A DNA stretch of 64,000 nucleotides from a virus (Duplodnaviria; Heunggongvirae; Uroviricota; Caudoviricetes): positions 130,082 through 194,081 of the IMG/VR virus record IMGVR_UViG_3300038443_000660; one strand, given 5' to 3'. The notes below the pieces were generated by a model. It did not search any database. It had not been told where the DNA came from and saw only the letters and a program-made list of their open reading frames with translations. A program made the translations under genes and the position numbers. Each line of letters opens with the position of its first letter. Positions within the stretch are counted from its first letter, which is position 1. Positions 8,297 through 16,063 of the stretch are shown here, piece after piece.

Positions 8297-8573
8297 TAGA
8301 ATTCGTATCCTTCTTAGAATTTCTATTCTTGTAGTTCTTTGCTCTTGCTAATTTTTCCTTATGTTTTTTCCAAACTTCGAAATCCACAGGCGGCAGATTA
8401 TCATAACGACCTGAATCGATATGTTTTTTAATTCTATCAAAACGCCATGTTTCATCGTCACAAACATGGATGTTAATATTTCCATGCTTGGTTTGCTGTA
8501 CTGTTCTGTTTTCTGGTGTTTGTCTATTTCCGGTAGTATCTGGTGGTAAAAAGTGTGTTGAGGTTTTAATCAA
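8286..8573 (-). CDS. hypothetical protein
   Basis: 95-aa ORF, TTG start. Confidence 0.5.
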   Translation of the reverse strand: MIKTSTHFLPPDTTGNRQTPENRTVQQTKHGNINIHVCDDETWRFDRIKKHIDSGRYDNLPPVDFEVWKKHKEKLARAKNYKNRNSKKDTNSNAE

Positions 8574-8576
8574 AAT

Positions 8577-8861
8577 TTATTCCTGAAAATGTGTGTATTT
8601 CTTTGAACGTCGCCATTTATTAAAACGAGAATTATCAATATTACTTCTCGAAAGATCGCCAACTTGCACCATTTGGTCAACAATGCCAAGAAAATCACCT
8701 ATTTCTTCTTCAAGCAATACTCTATTTGTTTTGGTAACGTCGCCGTCTGGATTGTAAGATGCATATCCATGTCGAATAGTTTTATTAACATTCTTGATAA
8801 TCTCGGCGGCTTCTTCCGATAACATCGCCAATCGTTCTAATTCAGAATTTGTTAAACTCAT
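8577..8861 (-). CDS. MazG-like NTP pyrophosphohydrolase
   Basis: LSEEAAEI...K..RHG...EEEIGD. Confidence 0.8.
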   Translation of the reverse strand: MSLTNSELERLAMLSEEAAEIIKNVNKTIRHGYASYNPDGDVTKTNRVLLEEEIGDFLGIVDQMVQVGDLSRSNIDNSRFNKWRRSKKYTHFQE

Positions 8862-9109
8862 GAGTGTGTCCTAAAATATTCAACCAAATCTGTGTATCCA
8901 CCAATGTACTGATGAAATCCATCGTCTTCATTCAAAAAAATTTGCGGTACAGTCTTAGCATCTGGTAGAACAGTTCTGAATTCTTCCATCAATGCTTCAT
9001 TAGAATCAATGTATTTCATATCAAACTGTTTACCACGTTGTTCTAGTAGACTCTTAGCAGACCGACAAAACGAGCAAACTTGTGTTGAATATACTGTAAA
9101 ACTTGACAA
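8858..9109 (-). CDS. glutaredoxin
   Basis: CSFC, TVPQIF, IGGYTDL. Confidence 0.9.
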   Translation of the reverse strand: MSSFTVYSTQVCSFCRSAKSLLEQRGKQFDMKYIDSNEALMEEFRTVLPDAKTVPQIFLNEDDGFHQYIGGYTDLVEYFRTHS

Positions 9110-9310
9110 TTACTTACTTTCCTCTTCTTCTATTTCTATAACCATCTGGCAATTGTTCATTCCAGAGTCCGTAAACATTACGGCGAATTCGCCGTATTCC
9201 TCGATTAGTTCTTCAATTCTGTCTTTCCATACATATAAAGGAAGACATGGGTCGCAAAAATCCACTAAATCTTTTGTATACATTGCTCTATATTCTTTCT
9301 TAGTCATCAC
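9110..9310 (-). CDS. hypothetical protein
   Basis: 66-aa ORF in operon. Confidence 0.5.
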   Translation of the reverse strand: MMTKKEYRAMYTKDLVDFCDPCLPLYVWKDRIEELIEEYGEFAVMFTDSGMNNCQMVIEIEEEESK

Positions 9311-9557
9311 AGTATCCTAGAGCATGAAGTTGTTTCTTAATCCACCGCATAAACAATAATGCTTTATCTTCGGCCAAAAATTCGGCATCACCAATTTCTG
9401 AAACGTGGACAGGGAATTCAAAGCCGTTCTCGGCTTTGTACCAAAGTTCGTCATTCTTAAATCTGGAAAACCGAACCTTTTTGTTATCAGTCACCATCTC
9501 TTTTAAGGTTTTAGTAAATTCTTGATTGTTCATGAACACTTCCAATGGTTGTTGCAT
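9300..9557 (-). CDS. hypothetical phage protein
   Basis: 85-aa ORF in operon. Confidence 0.55.
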   Translation of the reverse strand: MQQPLEVFMNNQEFTKTLKEMVTDNKKVRFSRFKNDELWYKAENGFEFPVHVSEIGDAEFLAEDKALLFMRWIKKQLHALGYCDD

Positions 9558-10099
9558 CTGGCTTCATATTTATCCGTTCCACCTAATTCTATCGAACTAC
9601 CAGATTGAGAAATTTTATATGTTTTTCCAGCGGGCGAACCGCACACATTACAAATGGCCGTCAATTTTTTGACTTCATCAGCCATACCCAACAGTCTGCT
9701 AGTAACAAGGAATGGGTTGCCTAGATAATCCATATCTAGGCCAGCACATAAGACGTATTTATTGTTGAGTAAAAATTCTTGAACCATTCCAATAAAATTG
9801 CCATGGAATTGAGGTTCATCAAAGAATTGTACTTCATCAAACATGATAAAGTCAAGCTTTTTGTTCTTTACTATAAATTTAACTTCCTCAACAGAAGAAA
9901 CCGGAGAAGCTTCCACAGTAAGGCTAGAATGTGATTTTACAGCGTTGTCGGCATATCTATTGTCAAATTTAGGCTTAAATAACTCAACACGATTTTCAAC
10001 ATACTTATGCTTCAAGATAGTGGATAAAATCGTTGACGACTTGGCGGAAAACATGGGTCCACATATTACCGTCAAATGCCCGTAGTATTTTGATTTCAT
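9530..10099 (-). CDS. tdk: thymidine kinase
   Basis: GPMFSAKS P-loop, FDEVQFF, AGLDMD..G.PF, CNVCG...RC zinc site. Confidence 0.92.
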   Translation of the reverse strand: MKSKYYGHLTVICGPMFSAKSSTILSTILKHKYVENRVELFKPKFDNRYADNAVKSHSSLTVEASPVSSVEEVKFIVKNKKLDFIMFDEVQFFDEPQFHGNFIGMVQEFLLNNKYVLCAGLDMDYLGNPFLVTSRLLGMADEVKKLTAICNVCGSPAGKTYKISQSGSSIELGGTDKYEARCNNHWKCS

Positions 10100-10780
10100 T
10101 TATTCCAACTCTAGATTTTCGTAATAATTAAGCATTTCTTTATAAACCGAACTCGTTTTTCTATCACCCTTGGCAGCTAACAAAGAAGCGTTGGTGTCCA
10201 GCAAGTTCCATGATATGAAATTTTTATCTTTCGATAAATCATAGATATTGATGGAGTTTTTGAATTCATCCATCGTTTCCGCAAGCGCCACTTGGTCTAA
10301 TTGCCAATATTGCGGTAATGTATTTAACTTATCGACTACGGTTTTAGCAAATAGCCATGCCGTATCGTCATACATCACCGCTCCACCAAACACACGACTA
10401 CCTCTAATTTCCCATTCAGTAACGCCATATGGTTTTCTTAAATATAAGCCAATGGCCGCTTTGGGTAACTTGACAGGCTTTTGTACGATTGTATCGATAT
10501 CCAACATCAACAACTTTAATTCGTCATTGTTCGACATCAAAATGTTGGGAGCCAGAAAATATCTATTGGCGGCGTAATATTCTCTTGACTTTGGCGCACC
10601 TTCTTCAAATGAATATGAAATAAGCGGATGTTCTACCCTCTCCATACCAACATATGGATTGATAATATGAACATGAACATGATGCTTATTGGATGCTGCC
10701 GATTTCACGAAAGCTTTGGCATATTTATTATAGTAATCGGTGTTACAGGATGCGAATAGTAGTGTTTTTGAATTATTCAT
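10100..10780 (-). CDS. GT-A fold glycosyltransferase-like protein
   Basis: LMLDID (DxD), GGAVMY, WQLDQVAL. Confidence 0.65.
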   Translation of the reverse strand: MNNSKTLLFASCNTDYYNKYAKAFVKSAASNKHHVHVHIINPYVGMERVEHPLISYSFEEGAPKSREYYAANRYFLAPNILMSNNDELKLLMLDIDTIVQKPVKLPKAAIGLYLRKPYGVTEWEIRGSRVFGGAVMYDDTAWLFAKTVVDKLNTLPQYWQLDQVALAETMDEFKNSINIYDLSKDKNFISWNLLDTNASLLAAKGDRKTSSVYKEMLNYYENLELE

Positions 10781-11625
10781 TAGTATCCGAAGAAATCGTT
10801 ATAATCTTTTATTGATTGTTCTGATATAGCGTTGACAACAACTTTCTTACTCATAGCGTATAAGCCAGAACTTGAACCGGCATTAATTTCAATTATTTTC
10901 GCTTCACCAGTGTCGAGCATCGCAACGTCACATGTATATATAGTATCCGGTTGCCACTCTTTTAGCCACGCCATTTTAGTTGCCAACACACATGCAGCAT
11001 TTTCATAATCCGAACGAATATCTAAAATATCGTTCCAGCGATAGGTTGAACCTGCTACCACATGGCCGTCAACAATTAAAAATCTTGCTTCTGATTTAAT
11101 ATTTTTGACCTTAGAAATCACACAAATTGTCGAAGGTAAAACAGATGTAAGCTGCATAGACGAATTGATTTCAAAAGCAGCTTCTTTTCTCGATACGGGA
11201 AACCCCGTAAATGTCTTGAAACCAGAATTTGGACGAATGAAAAGGTTTTCTTCACCGAATAGGTCAAAGAAATAGTCAAGGTTCTTGGCAAATATCCCAA
11301 ATGGAATAAAGATGGATTCGTAATTCAAAAGCCATTCAGAAGGAATTCTAGTATAATATTCATTACAATTCATGAAACTATTCATACCGTAGGAACCGGG
11401 AGAATACCTAAACGGGCATTTTTGAACAAATCCTATCGAACCATAAAGAATAGTTGGCTGTTTTTGAAATTTCGGAAGTCCATAATCCATTTCTTCCGGT
11501 CTAGCGAAAGGAATATATTGCGTTTCGTAATAATTGTGACCGCAATCAATGATAGCTTGTTTTAGATCACCAACGGTATTTCTAGATTCTAAAATGCTTT
11601 TATCGACTACCCAATTGACTTTCAT
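10780..11625 (-). CDS. ATP-grasp (R2K/DUF4343-like) protein
   Basis: LFIRP....K.FTG, EARF.IVDG.VV, DVA......IIE.N..SSG.Y; start set at the ATGA overlap at 11625. Confidence 0.8.
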   Translation of the reverse strand: MKVNWVVDKSILESRNTVGDLKQAIIDCGHNYYETQYIPFARPEEMDYGLPKFQKQPTILYGSIGFVQKCPFRYSPGSYGMNSFMNCNEYYTRIPSEWLLNYESIFIPFGIFAKNLDYFFDLFGEENLFIRPNSGFKTFTGFPVSRKEAAFEINSSMQLTSVLPSTICVISKVKNIKSEARFLIVDGHVVAGSTYRWNDILDIRSDYENAACVLATKMAWLKEWQPDTIYTCDVAMLDTGEAKIIEINAGSSSGLYAMSKKVVVNAISEQSIKDYNDFFGY

Positions 11626-11894
11626 CTCTTTTCCTTGACCGGGTATATTGTTACCGCATGGGAATCCAAATCCCATGAAAAATATACTTGACCATTTACT
11701 TCACAAACACCCATAACCGGCCTGTCCGTTGGTTTCAAACTATATTCGCCATTATATTCAAGGCAAGCAAGTCTACTCCACAAGGAAGGTGGAATGGTGG
11801 TTCTCCATCTGTCATTTTCATAAGTTATAAACGAAACTAAAATTATCGTTAATAACAACAGCCAAACAGCCATAATATTAATATAATTTTGCAT
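11622..11894 (-). CDS. membrane-anchored hypothetical protein
   Basis: N-terminal hydrophobic helix. Confidence 0.55.
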   Translation of the reverse strand: MQNYINIMAVWLLLLTIILVSFITYENDRWRTTIPPSLWSRLACLEYNGEYSLKPTDRPVMGVCEVNGQVYFSWDLDSHAVTIYPVKEKR

Positions 11895-11897
11895 TAT

Positions 11898-12398
11898 TCA
11901 ATCCCACAAACCAGTGTAATAGATACCAAAAAGACGAAACCCATTCCTCATACGGGCATAATGTTTTTCATATCCTTCTTTATCCAGTTTCAATGTATGA
12001 TTAGGACCATGTATCATTTCATACACAGTTTCACCATTGATTTCGGTTTCCTTGGTCTGAAAATCAGCTTCACCAGAATAAAATTGATCTTCCCAATCTT
12101 TTAGATTTTCTTCAAAAGCCCAAATCATTTCATCTAGGACATAATCCCAACGCTTGAAATGATTATTATCAATGTCATAATCGTTTTCTTTTGGTGGTGC
12201 AGAAGTTGATTTTAGTTCATCAGGAACATCCGAATCATCGACAAATGGGGCACCATGCTTAGTTTCTTTCAACTGTCTCAAACATGGTGCAATAATCATT
12301 GCCAAGGTGTTATCAAGATTCCATGTATCATACGGGTCAATCTTGATTGTTACCGCACGACCGGCATTTTCTCGATATTTTCCTATGTAAACTTTCAT
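11898..12398 (-). CDS. conserved hypothetical protein of T4-like phages
   Basis: DTWNLDNTLA.II.P.L.QLK...HG.P pattern. Confidence 0.7.
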   Translation of the reverse strand: MKVYIGKYRENAGRAVTIKIDPYDTWNLDNTLAMIIAPCLRQLKETKHGAPFVDDSDVPDELKSTSAPPKENDYDIDNNHFKRWDYVLDEMIWAFEENLKDWEDQFYSGEADFQTKETEINGETVYEMIHGPNHTLKLDKEGYEKHYARMRNGFRLFGIYYTGLWD

Positions 12399-12862
12399 TT
12401 ACGTTCCTTGTAAAACAAGTGATTACCAATCTTATGGGAGAATTTCAAAGTTTTGAAAAACCTAGTTCTCTCACCAGCATGATAGAATAGAACAGAATTG
12501 TCAATTTTCATGTGAATTTGTCCATCATAGAACATATCCACAATCTTGTCAATCATTTTCCAAGTTTTCATATCTCTAATGGTGAAATCAGGATATTTGT
12601 CGTTTGTCCATTCAAATTGTGCAACTGGCGTTTGTTGCCACACAACATCACAGACAGTTGATGGAAATTCTCTACTCTTGGTTCGGGCGACCATAACCTT
12701 TATGATTTCCAACATACCTTTGAGAGACTCACCCCTTCCCTCATGGTAAATATTTAATTTCATGCATGTTTTATCGTCCGTTACTCCCATTATCGGGTCA
12801 ATATTGAGAGCATGGACAGGGAACGACAAGGCAAGAAAAATTAGGAAAATCACATACTTCAT
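12395..12862 (-). CDS. SleB-like cell wall hydrolase
   Basis: Signal/anchor; NIYHEGRGE, FP.TVC.VV.Q, QF.W, IGNH.FY. Confidence 0.88.
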   Translation of the reverse strand: MKYVIFLIFLALSFPVHALNIDPIMGVTDDKTCMKLNIYHEGRGESLKGMLEIIKVMVARTKSREFPSTVCDVVWQQTPVAQFEWTNDKYPDFTIRDMKTWKMIDKIVDMFYDGQIHMKIDNSVLFYHAGERTRFFKTLKFSHKIGNHLFYKERK

Positions 12863-12865
12863 ATC

Positions 12866-12892
12866 AAAAACTCCGCTTGTTATGCGGAGTTT
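12866..12892 (-). terminator. intrinsic terminator
   Basis: AAACTCCGC/GCGGAGTTT stem with U-tract on the minus strand. Confidence 0.65.
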
Positions 12893-12913
12893 CTATCATG
12901 AAATTATTAAGAA

Positions 12914-13309
12914 TCAGTTAAGATATGAATTAATTTTATCTATCGTTTTTGGAGAAGGAATCCAATGCAACTGTGTTTGTAGTTTCGTTTCCAAAATTGA
13001 CTTTTGTAGTATATACTCTGTTGGTCGAGCATCAGTAGGAATATTGATAAAGAATTCGATATCGTCACGATTGAATTGGCTTATTGCGCCAAAAACTACA
13101 TGAAAGCGGGTGATAGGGTCATCATAGTTCGGGAAATGCAGCATCGGAAATATTCTGTCAACGACACTTTCTTTATATCCGAATAAATTATTGGGAATAT
13201 TTTCTCTCAATTCGGCTTGCAAATCTTCATGATTCTCCAAACCCCATGTATCATGAACTTTCAAGCCAATGATTTTTTCAATAATCAACGATGGAGCATG
13301 ATATCTCAT
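12914..13309 (-). CDS. hypothetical protein
   Basis: 131-aa ORF. Confidence 0.6.
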   Translation of the reverse strand: MRYHAPSLIIEKIIGLKVHDTWGLENHEDLQAELRENIPNNLFGYKESVVDRIFPMLHFPNYDDPITRFHVVFGAISQFNRDDIEFFINIPTDARPTEYILQKSILETKLQTQLHWIPSPKTIDKINSYLN

Positions 13310-13316
13310 TTTTCAC

Positions 13317-13721
13317 CTAGTTTGTTTTAAATCTATCCATAGTTCTTTCACAATTAGCACATGTTAGTATACCATCCCACGAGTCTTGTAAAGTCTTTTC
13401 TCTTAAATCTCCTATCATACAATGCGGACATGTTTGATGCAACATATCTACTAAGCATTCTTGCTCTGTGGAGACACATTTAGATTCTTGATATGTCATT
13501 TCATCAATAAGTGTTAATTCAGCATCAGTCTCTATATAAGCCTTTGCGCCGCATGACAAACCCTTCTTATCATAGATAAGCTTTGACGGACCATTGATGA
13601 CAACCTCTCTGGCGTATTTTGTACTGCCTCGGTTTTTTATGGTATATACAGGTCTATTACCATCATCTTTTTTATTTGCGGCAATGTGATGCCTGTTAAC
13701 ATGAATAATAGATTTTGCCAT
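13317..13721 (-). CDS. hypothetical phage protein with C-terminal zinc ribbon
   Basis: IIHVN.H.I..N, LSCGAKA.IET; CPHC...CANC. Confidence 0.65.
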   Translation of the reverse strand: MAKSIIHVNRHHIAANKKDDGNRPVYTIKNRGSTKYAREVVINGPSKLIYDKKGLSCGAKAYIETDAELTLIDEMTYQESKCVSTEQECLVDMLHQTCPHCMIGDLREKTLQDSWDGILTCANCERTMDRFKTN

Positions 13722-13955
13722 TCACTTGTCATTATCCTTCGGTCTAAGTTTTGGATACTCTGAAAAAATACGTTCCCTATAATTCGTATAGAAGGTTATA
13801 TTTTCAGAAGCCAGTTCTTTAATTTCATTGTTTTCGGAATTATTAAATGTTCTAACCCAAGAATCTATCAGACCATCAATTGATTCTAGTATCTCTTTAG
13901 CCAAGCGATGATGTTCATGATATCGGTCGTCATACATTGACAGTATCCAATTCAT
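13722..13955 (-). CDS. hypothetical protein
   Basis: 77-aa ORF, coupled. Confidence 0.5.
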   Translation of the reverse strand: MNWILSMYDDRYHEHHRLAKEILESIDGLIDSWVRTFNNSENNEIKELASENITFYTNYRERIFSEYPKLRPKDNDK

Positions 13956-14251
13956 TATTCATCGTAATTTCCATAGGCAAGAGTTGTTGCCATTTTATAT
14001 TCTTTATCGAAATTACGCCATTTTGTATACAAATTCAGATAGATGTTTTGCAACTCGGCTCTACCATCCTCACTAGCGGTGATACATATCGGATTAGATA
14101 CATTTGATCGCAGATGAATGTCTAGTTTAAGCGGATAGGTTTTGTCCGCTAATTCAGCCAAAACGAGGTATGCAACATCATCGATGTCGAAAGTTATCGA
14201 TACACCATCGAAATCAACCTTATAAATTGAGGATTGTATTGTTGGAGCCAA
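13955..14251 (-). CDS. hypothetical protein
   Basis: 98-aa ORF, TTG start. Confidence 0.5.
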   Translation of the reverse strand: MAPTIQSSIYKVDFDGVSITFDIDDVAYLVLAELADKTYPLKLDIHLRSNVSNPICITASEDGRAELQNIYLNLYTKWRNFDKEYKMATTLAYGNYDE

Positions 14252-14331
14252 AATGTTTTCCTTATTGATGCAAATAATTGTTCAGGTTTTATATATACAT
14301 ATGACGAAAAGTTTAACAGCAAAGGAAACAA

Positions 14332-14520
14332 ATGTCAATAACTTTTAAAGCTTCCTGCCCCTGCGGCGATTTTGATTTTACATTGAAATATAATAGCCCG
14401 TCTGATGAACCGGTTCAGATTTATTGCCCATTCTGCGGTGTTGAAATCGAAGATAAGGCCGATGATGTCGAGGAAGAAGACTACGAGGATTACGATAGTT
14501 ACGATTATGACGAAGACTAA
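14332..14520 (+). CDS. zinc-ribbon protein with acidic tail
   Basis: CPC...CPFC and a D/E-rich C-terminus. Confidence 0.7.
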   Translation: MSITFKASCPCGDFDFTLKYNSPSDEPVQIYCPFCGVEIEDKADDVEEEDYEDYDSYDYDED

Positions 14521-14938
14521 TTGGCTATTCGAAGGACACGAATTTGAACAGCCCACAACCGACATAATCGGTTTTGTCTATATGATGACGAACCTCTCGA
14601 ATGGCAAGAGGTACATTGGCAAAAAAAATTTCTGGACAACTAAGGTATCACAGAAGAAGAACAAGAAAACCGGGAAAATCAAAAAAACCAGAACCAAAAT
14701 ACCATCGGACTGGCTTGATTATTTTTCTTCAAACGATGAAATTAAAAAGGAAGTGGTTGACGGCGTAGCGTTTAAGCGGGAAATTTTACAGCTATGCAAG
14801 TCGAAAGCTGAAATGACCTATTGGGAAACTAAATTACAGTTCGAATATGACGTTCTATTAGATGACAATTTTTACAATGGATGGGTCATGTGCCGCATCA
14901 GAAAGGCACATCTTAAGTCCCTACAGAAGCACGTCTAA
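14507..14938 (+). CDS. GIY-YIG nuclease
   Basis: GFVY.MTN..NGK.YIGKK.FW; ATG at 14507 preferred. Confidence 0.85.
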   Translation: MTKTNWLFEGHEFEQPTTDIIGFVYMMTNLSNGKRYIGKKNFWTTKVSQKKNKKTGKIKKTRTKIPSDWLDYFSSNDEIKKEVVDGVAFKREILQLCKSKAEMTYWETKLQFEYDVLLDDNFYNGWVMCRIRKAHLKSLQKHV

Positions 14939-15108
14939 TCGTCGGAATCATCCTCAAAATAATCGTCAATCTCTTGCTGTGCATAATCCTCACGCAACCG
15001 GTTCTTGTTCAGATTGGAATCGACACGTTCCACGAACTTATGATTGCCGTACAAAGCAGCCGTAACCACATTGCGGGGCTTAATTCGAACTTGCTTAAAC
15101 TGTTTCAT
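14935..15108 (-). CDS. 57-aa basic/acidic protein not in the ORF track
   Basis: MKQFKQVRIKPRN...DYFEDDSDD; GGAG RBS and its own promoter. Confidence 0.7.
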   Translation of the reverse strand: MKQFKQVRIKPRNVVTAALYGNHKFVERVDSNLNKNRLREDYAQQEIDDYFEDDSDD

Positions 15109-15133
15109 TTACTTTTCTCCTATACATATCATT

Positions 15134-15162
15134 AATATATAGGGATTATATAATTTGTCAAT
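15134..15162 (-). promoter_or_regulatory. sigma70-type promoter
   Basis: ATTGAC-N17-TATATT. Confidence 0.75.
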
Positions 15163-15192
15163 ATAAAAAGAGGGCGATTTCTCGCCCTCTTT
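15163..15192 (-). terminator. intrinsic terminator
   Basis: AAAGAGGGCGA/TCGCCCTCTTT stem with U-tract. Confidence 0.8.
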
Positions 15193-15218
15193 GATCAACT
15201 TTGCCTCTCCGGGACGGC

Positions 15219-15884
15219 TTAGTTGCTTTCTGGTACGGCAATATCCTGCTTGACTTCAAGCAACATAGTGGCAATACCGGACTGGCCGTTGTCTTCCAAC
15301 ACACTTGCAAGCATGTCTAGTGTCTTGGTTGCATGGTCCAGTCGGGAACGTGGAGGCATCGAAGCCGCCAACTGTTCCATCGGCTCATGGGCTACCGGCA
15401 TCGCAACCGGTTCCGGCTTGGGCTTGCGATTGTACTGGCGAACATTGGCAATTTCAATGCCAAACATTTCCGACAGTCGCTTGCGAAGCACATAACCAGT
15501 GGCCCGTTCATTCTTGCTGAATGCGCCGTCCTTATTCGTATAGACCATATTGGCCACCTTGAAGGCATCAGCGCCTTCCTTGGGAGTCAATGTAACCAGC
15601 GGTCCCCATGTACGGCCATTGGTCGAACGAATGCCCGACTTCGTTGCCTTGTTCTTCACCGACTTGGAAAACTTATCAAAGATTTCCTTGTTATTGAAGA
15701 ACATCAGTGGAATGCTGATTTCTTGCGATTCGGCGGGAGCCGGGTCGGTCTGTTCTTGACTCTGAACCTGATTGTCCTGTACATCAGTTTCAGTCTGTGC
15801 GGCAGCAGATTCGGTGTTTGCTGCATTCACAGCTTCGAAATCAGTGCCAGTTTCATTTTCAACTACATTACGCATGACGCTCAC
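15219..15884 (-). CDS. hypothetical early protein
   Basis: 221-aa ORF bounded by its own promoter and terminator; AAGGTG RBS. Confidence 0.75.
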   Translation of the reverse strand: MSVMRNVVENETGTDFEAVNAANTESAAAQTETDVQDNQVQSQEQTDPAPAESQEISIPLMFFNNKEIFDKFSKSVKNKATKSGIRSTNGRTWGPLVTLTPKEGADAFKVANMVYTNKDGAFSKNERATGYVLRKRLSEMFGIEIANVRQYNRKPKPEPVAMPVAHEPMEQLAASMPPRSRLDHATKTLDMLASVLEDNGQSGIATMLLEVKQDIAVPESN

Positions 15885-15959
15885 CTTTCAACTTTCAAGT
15901 GATTATCTTCACTTCTCTCAAAAAACCTATGCCCGATTGACATTTGGTTATGAGCATGA

Positions 15960-15988
15960 ATGTAGCGTAGTCACTAAACATTTGCAAG
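15960..15988 (-). promoter_or_regulatory. sigma70-type promoter
   Basis: CTTGCA-N17-CTACAT. Confidence 0.6.
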
Positions 15989-15990
15989 GG

Positions 15991-16021
15991 ATTTCTGCAA
16001 AATATTTCGTTTTGCAGAAAT
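15991..16021. repeat. perfect 12-bp inverted repeat
   Basis: ATTTCTGCAAAA-N7-TTTTGCAGAAAT. Confidence 0.9.
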
Positions 16022-16063
16022 CATAAGCAAAATCAATGACTTAGGCTGATAATAAAACTTCTC

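Noticed and set aside
15333-15902. Long plus-strand ORFs antisense to the 221-aa gene
   Set aside because: Shadow ORFs with no RBS or promoter; the minus-strand gene has the full set of signals.
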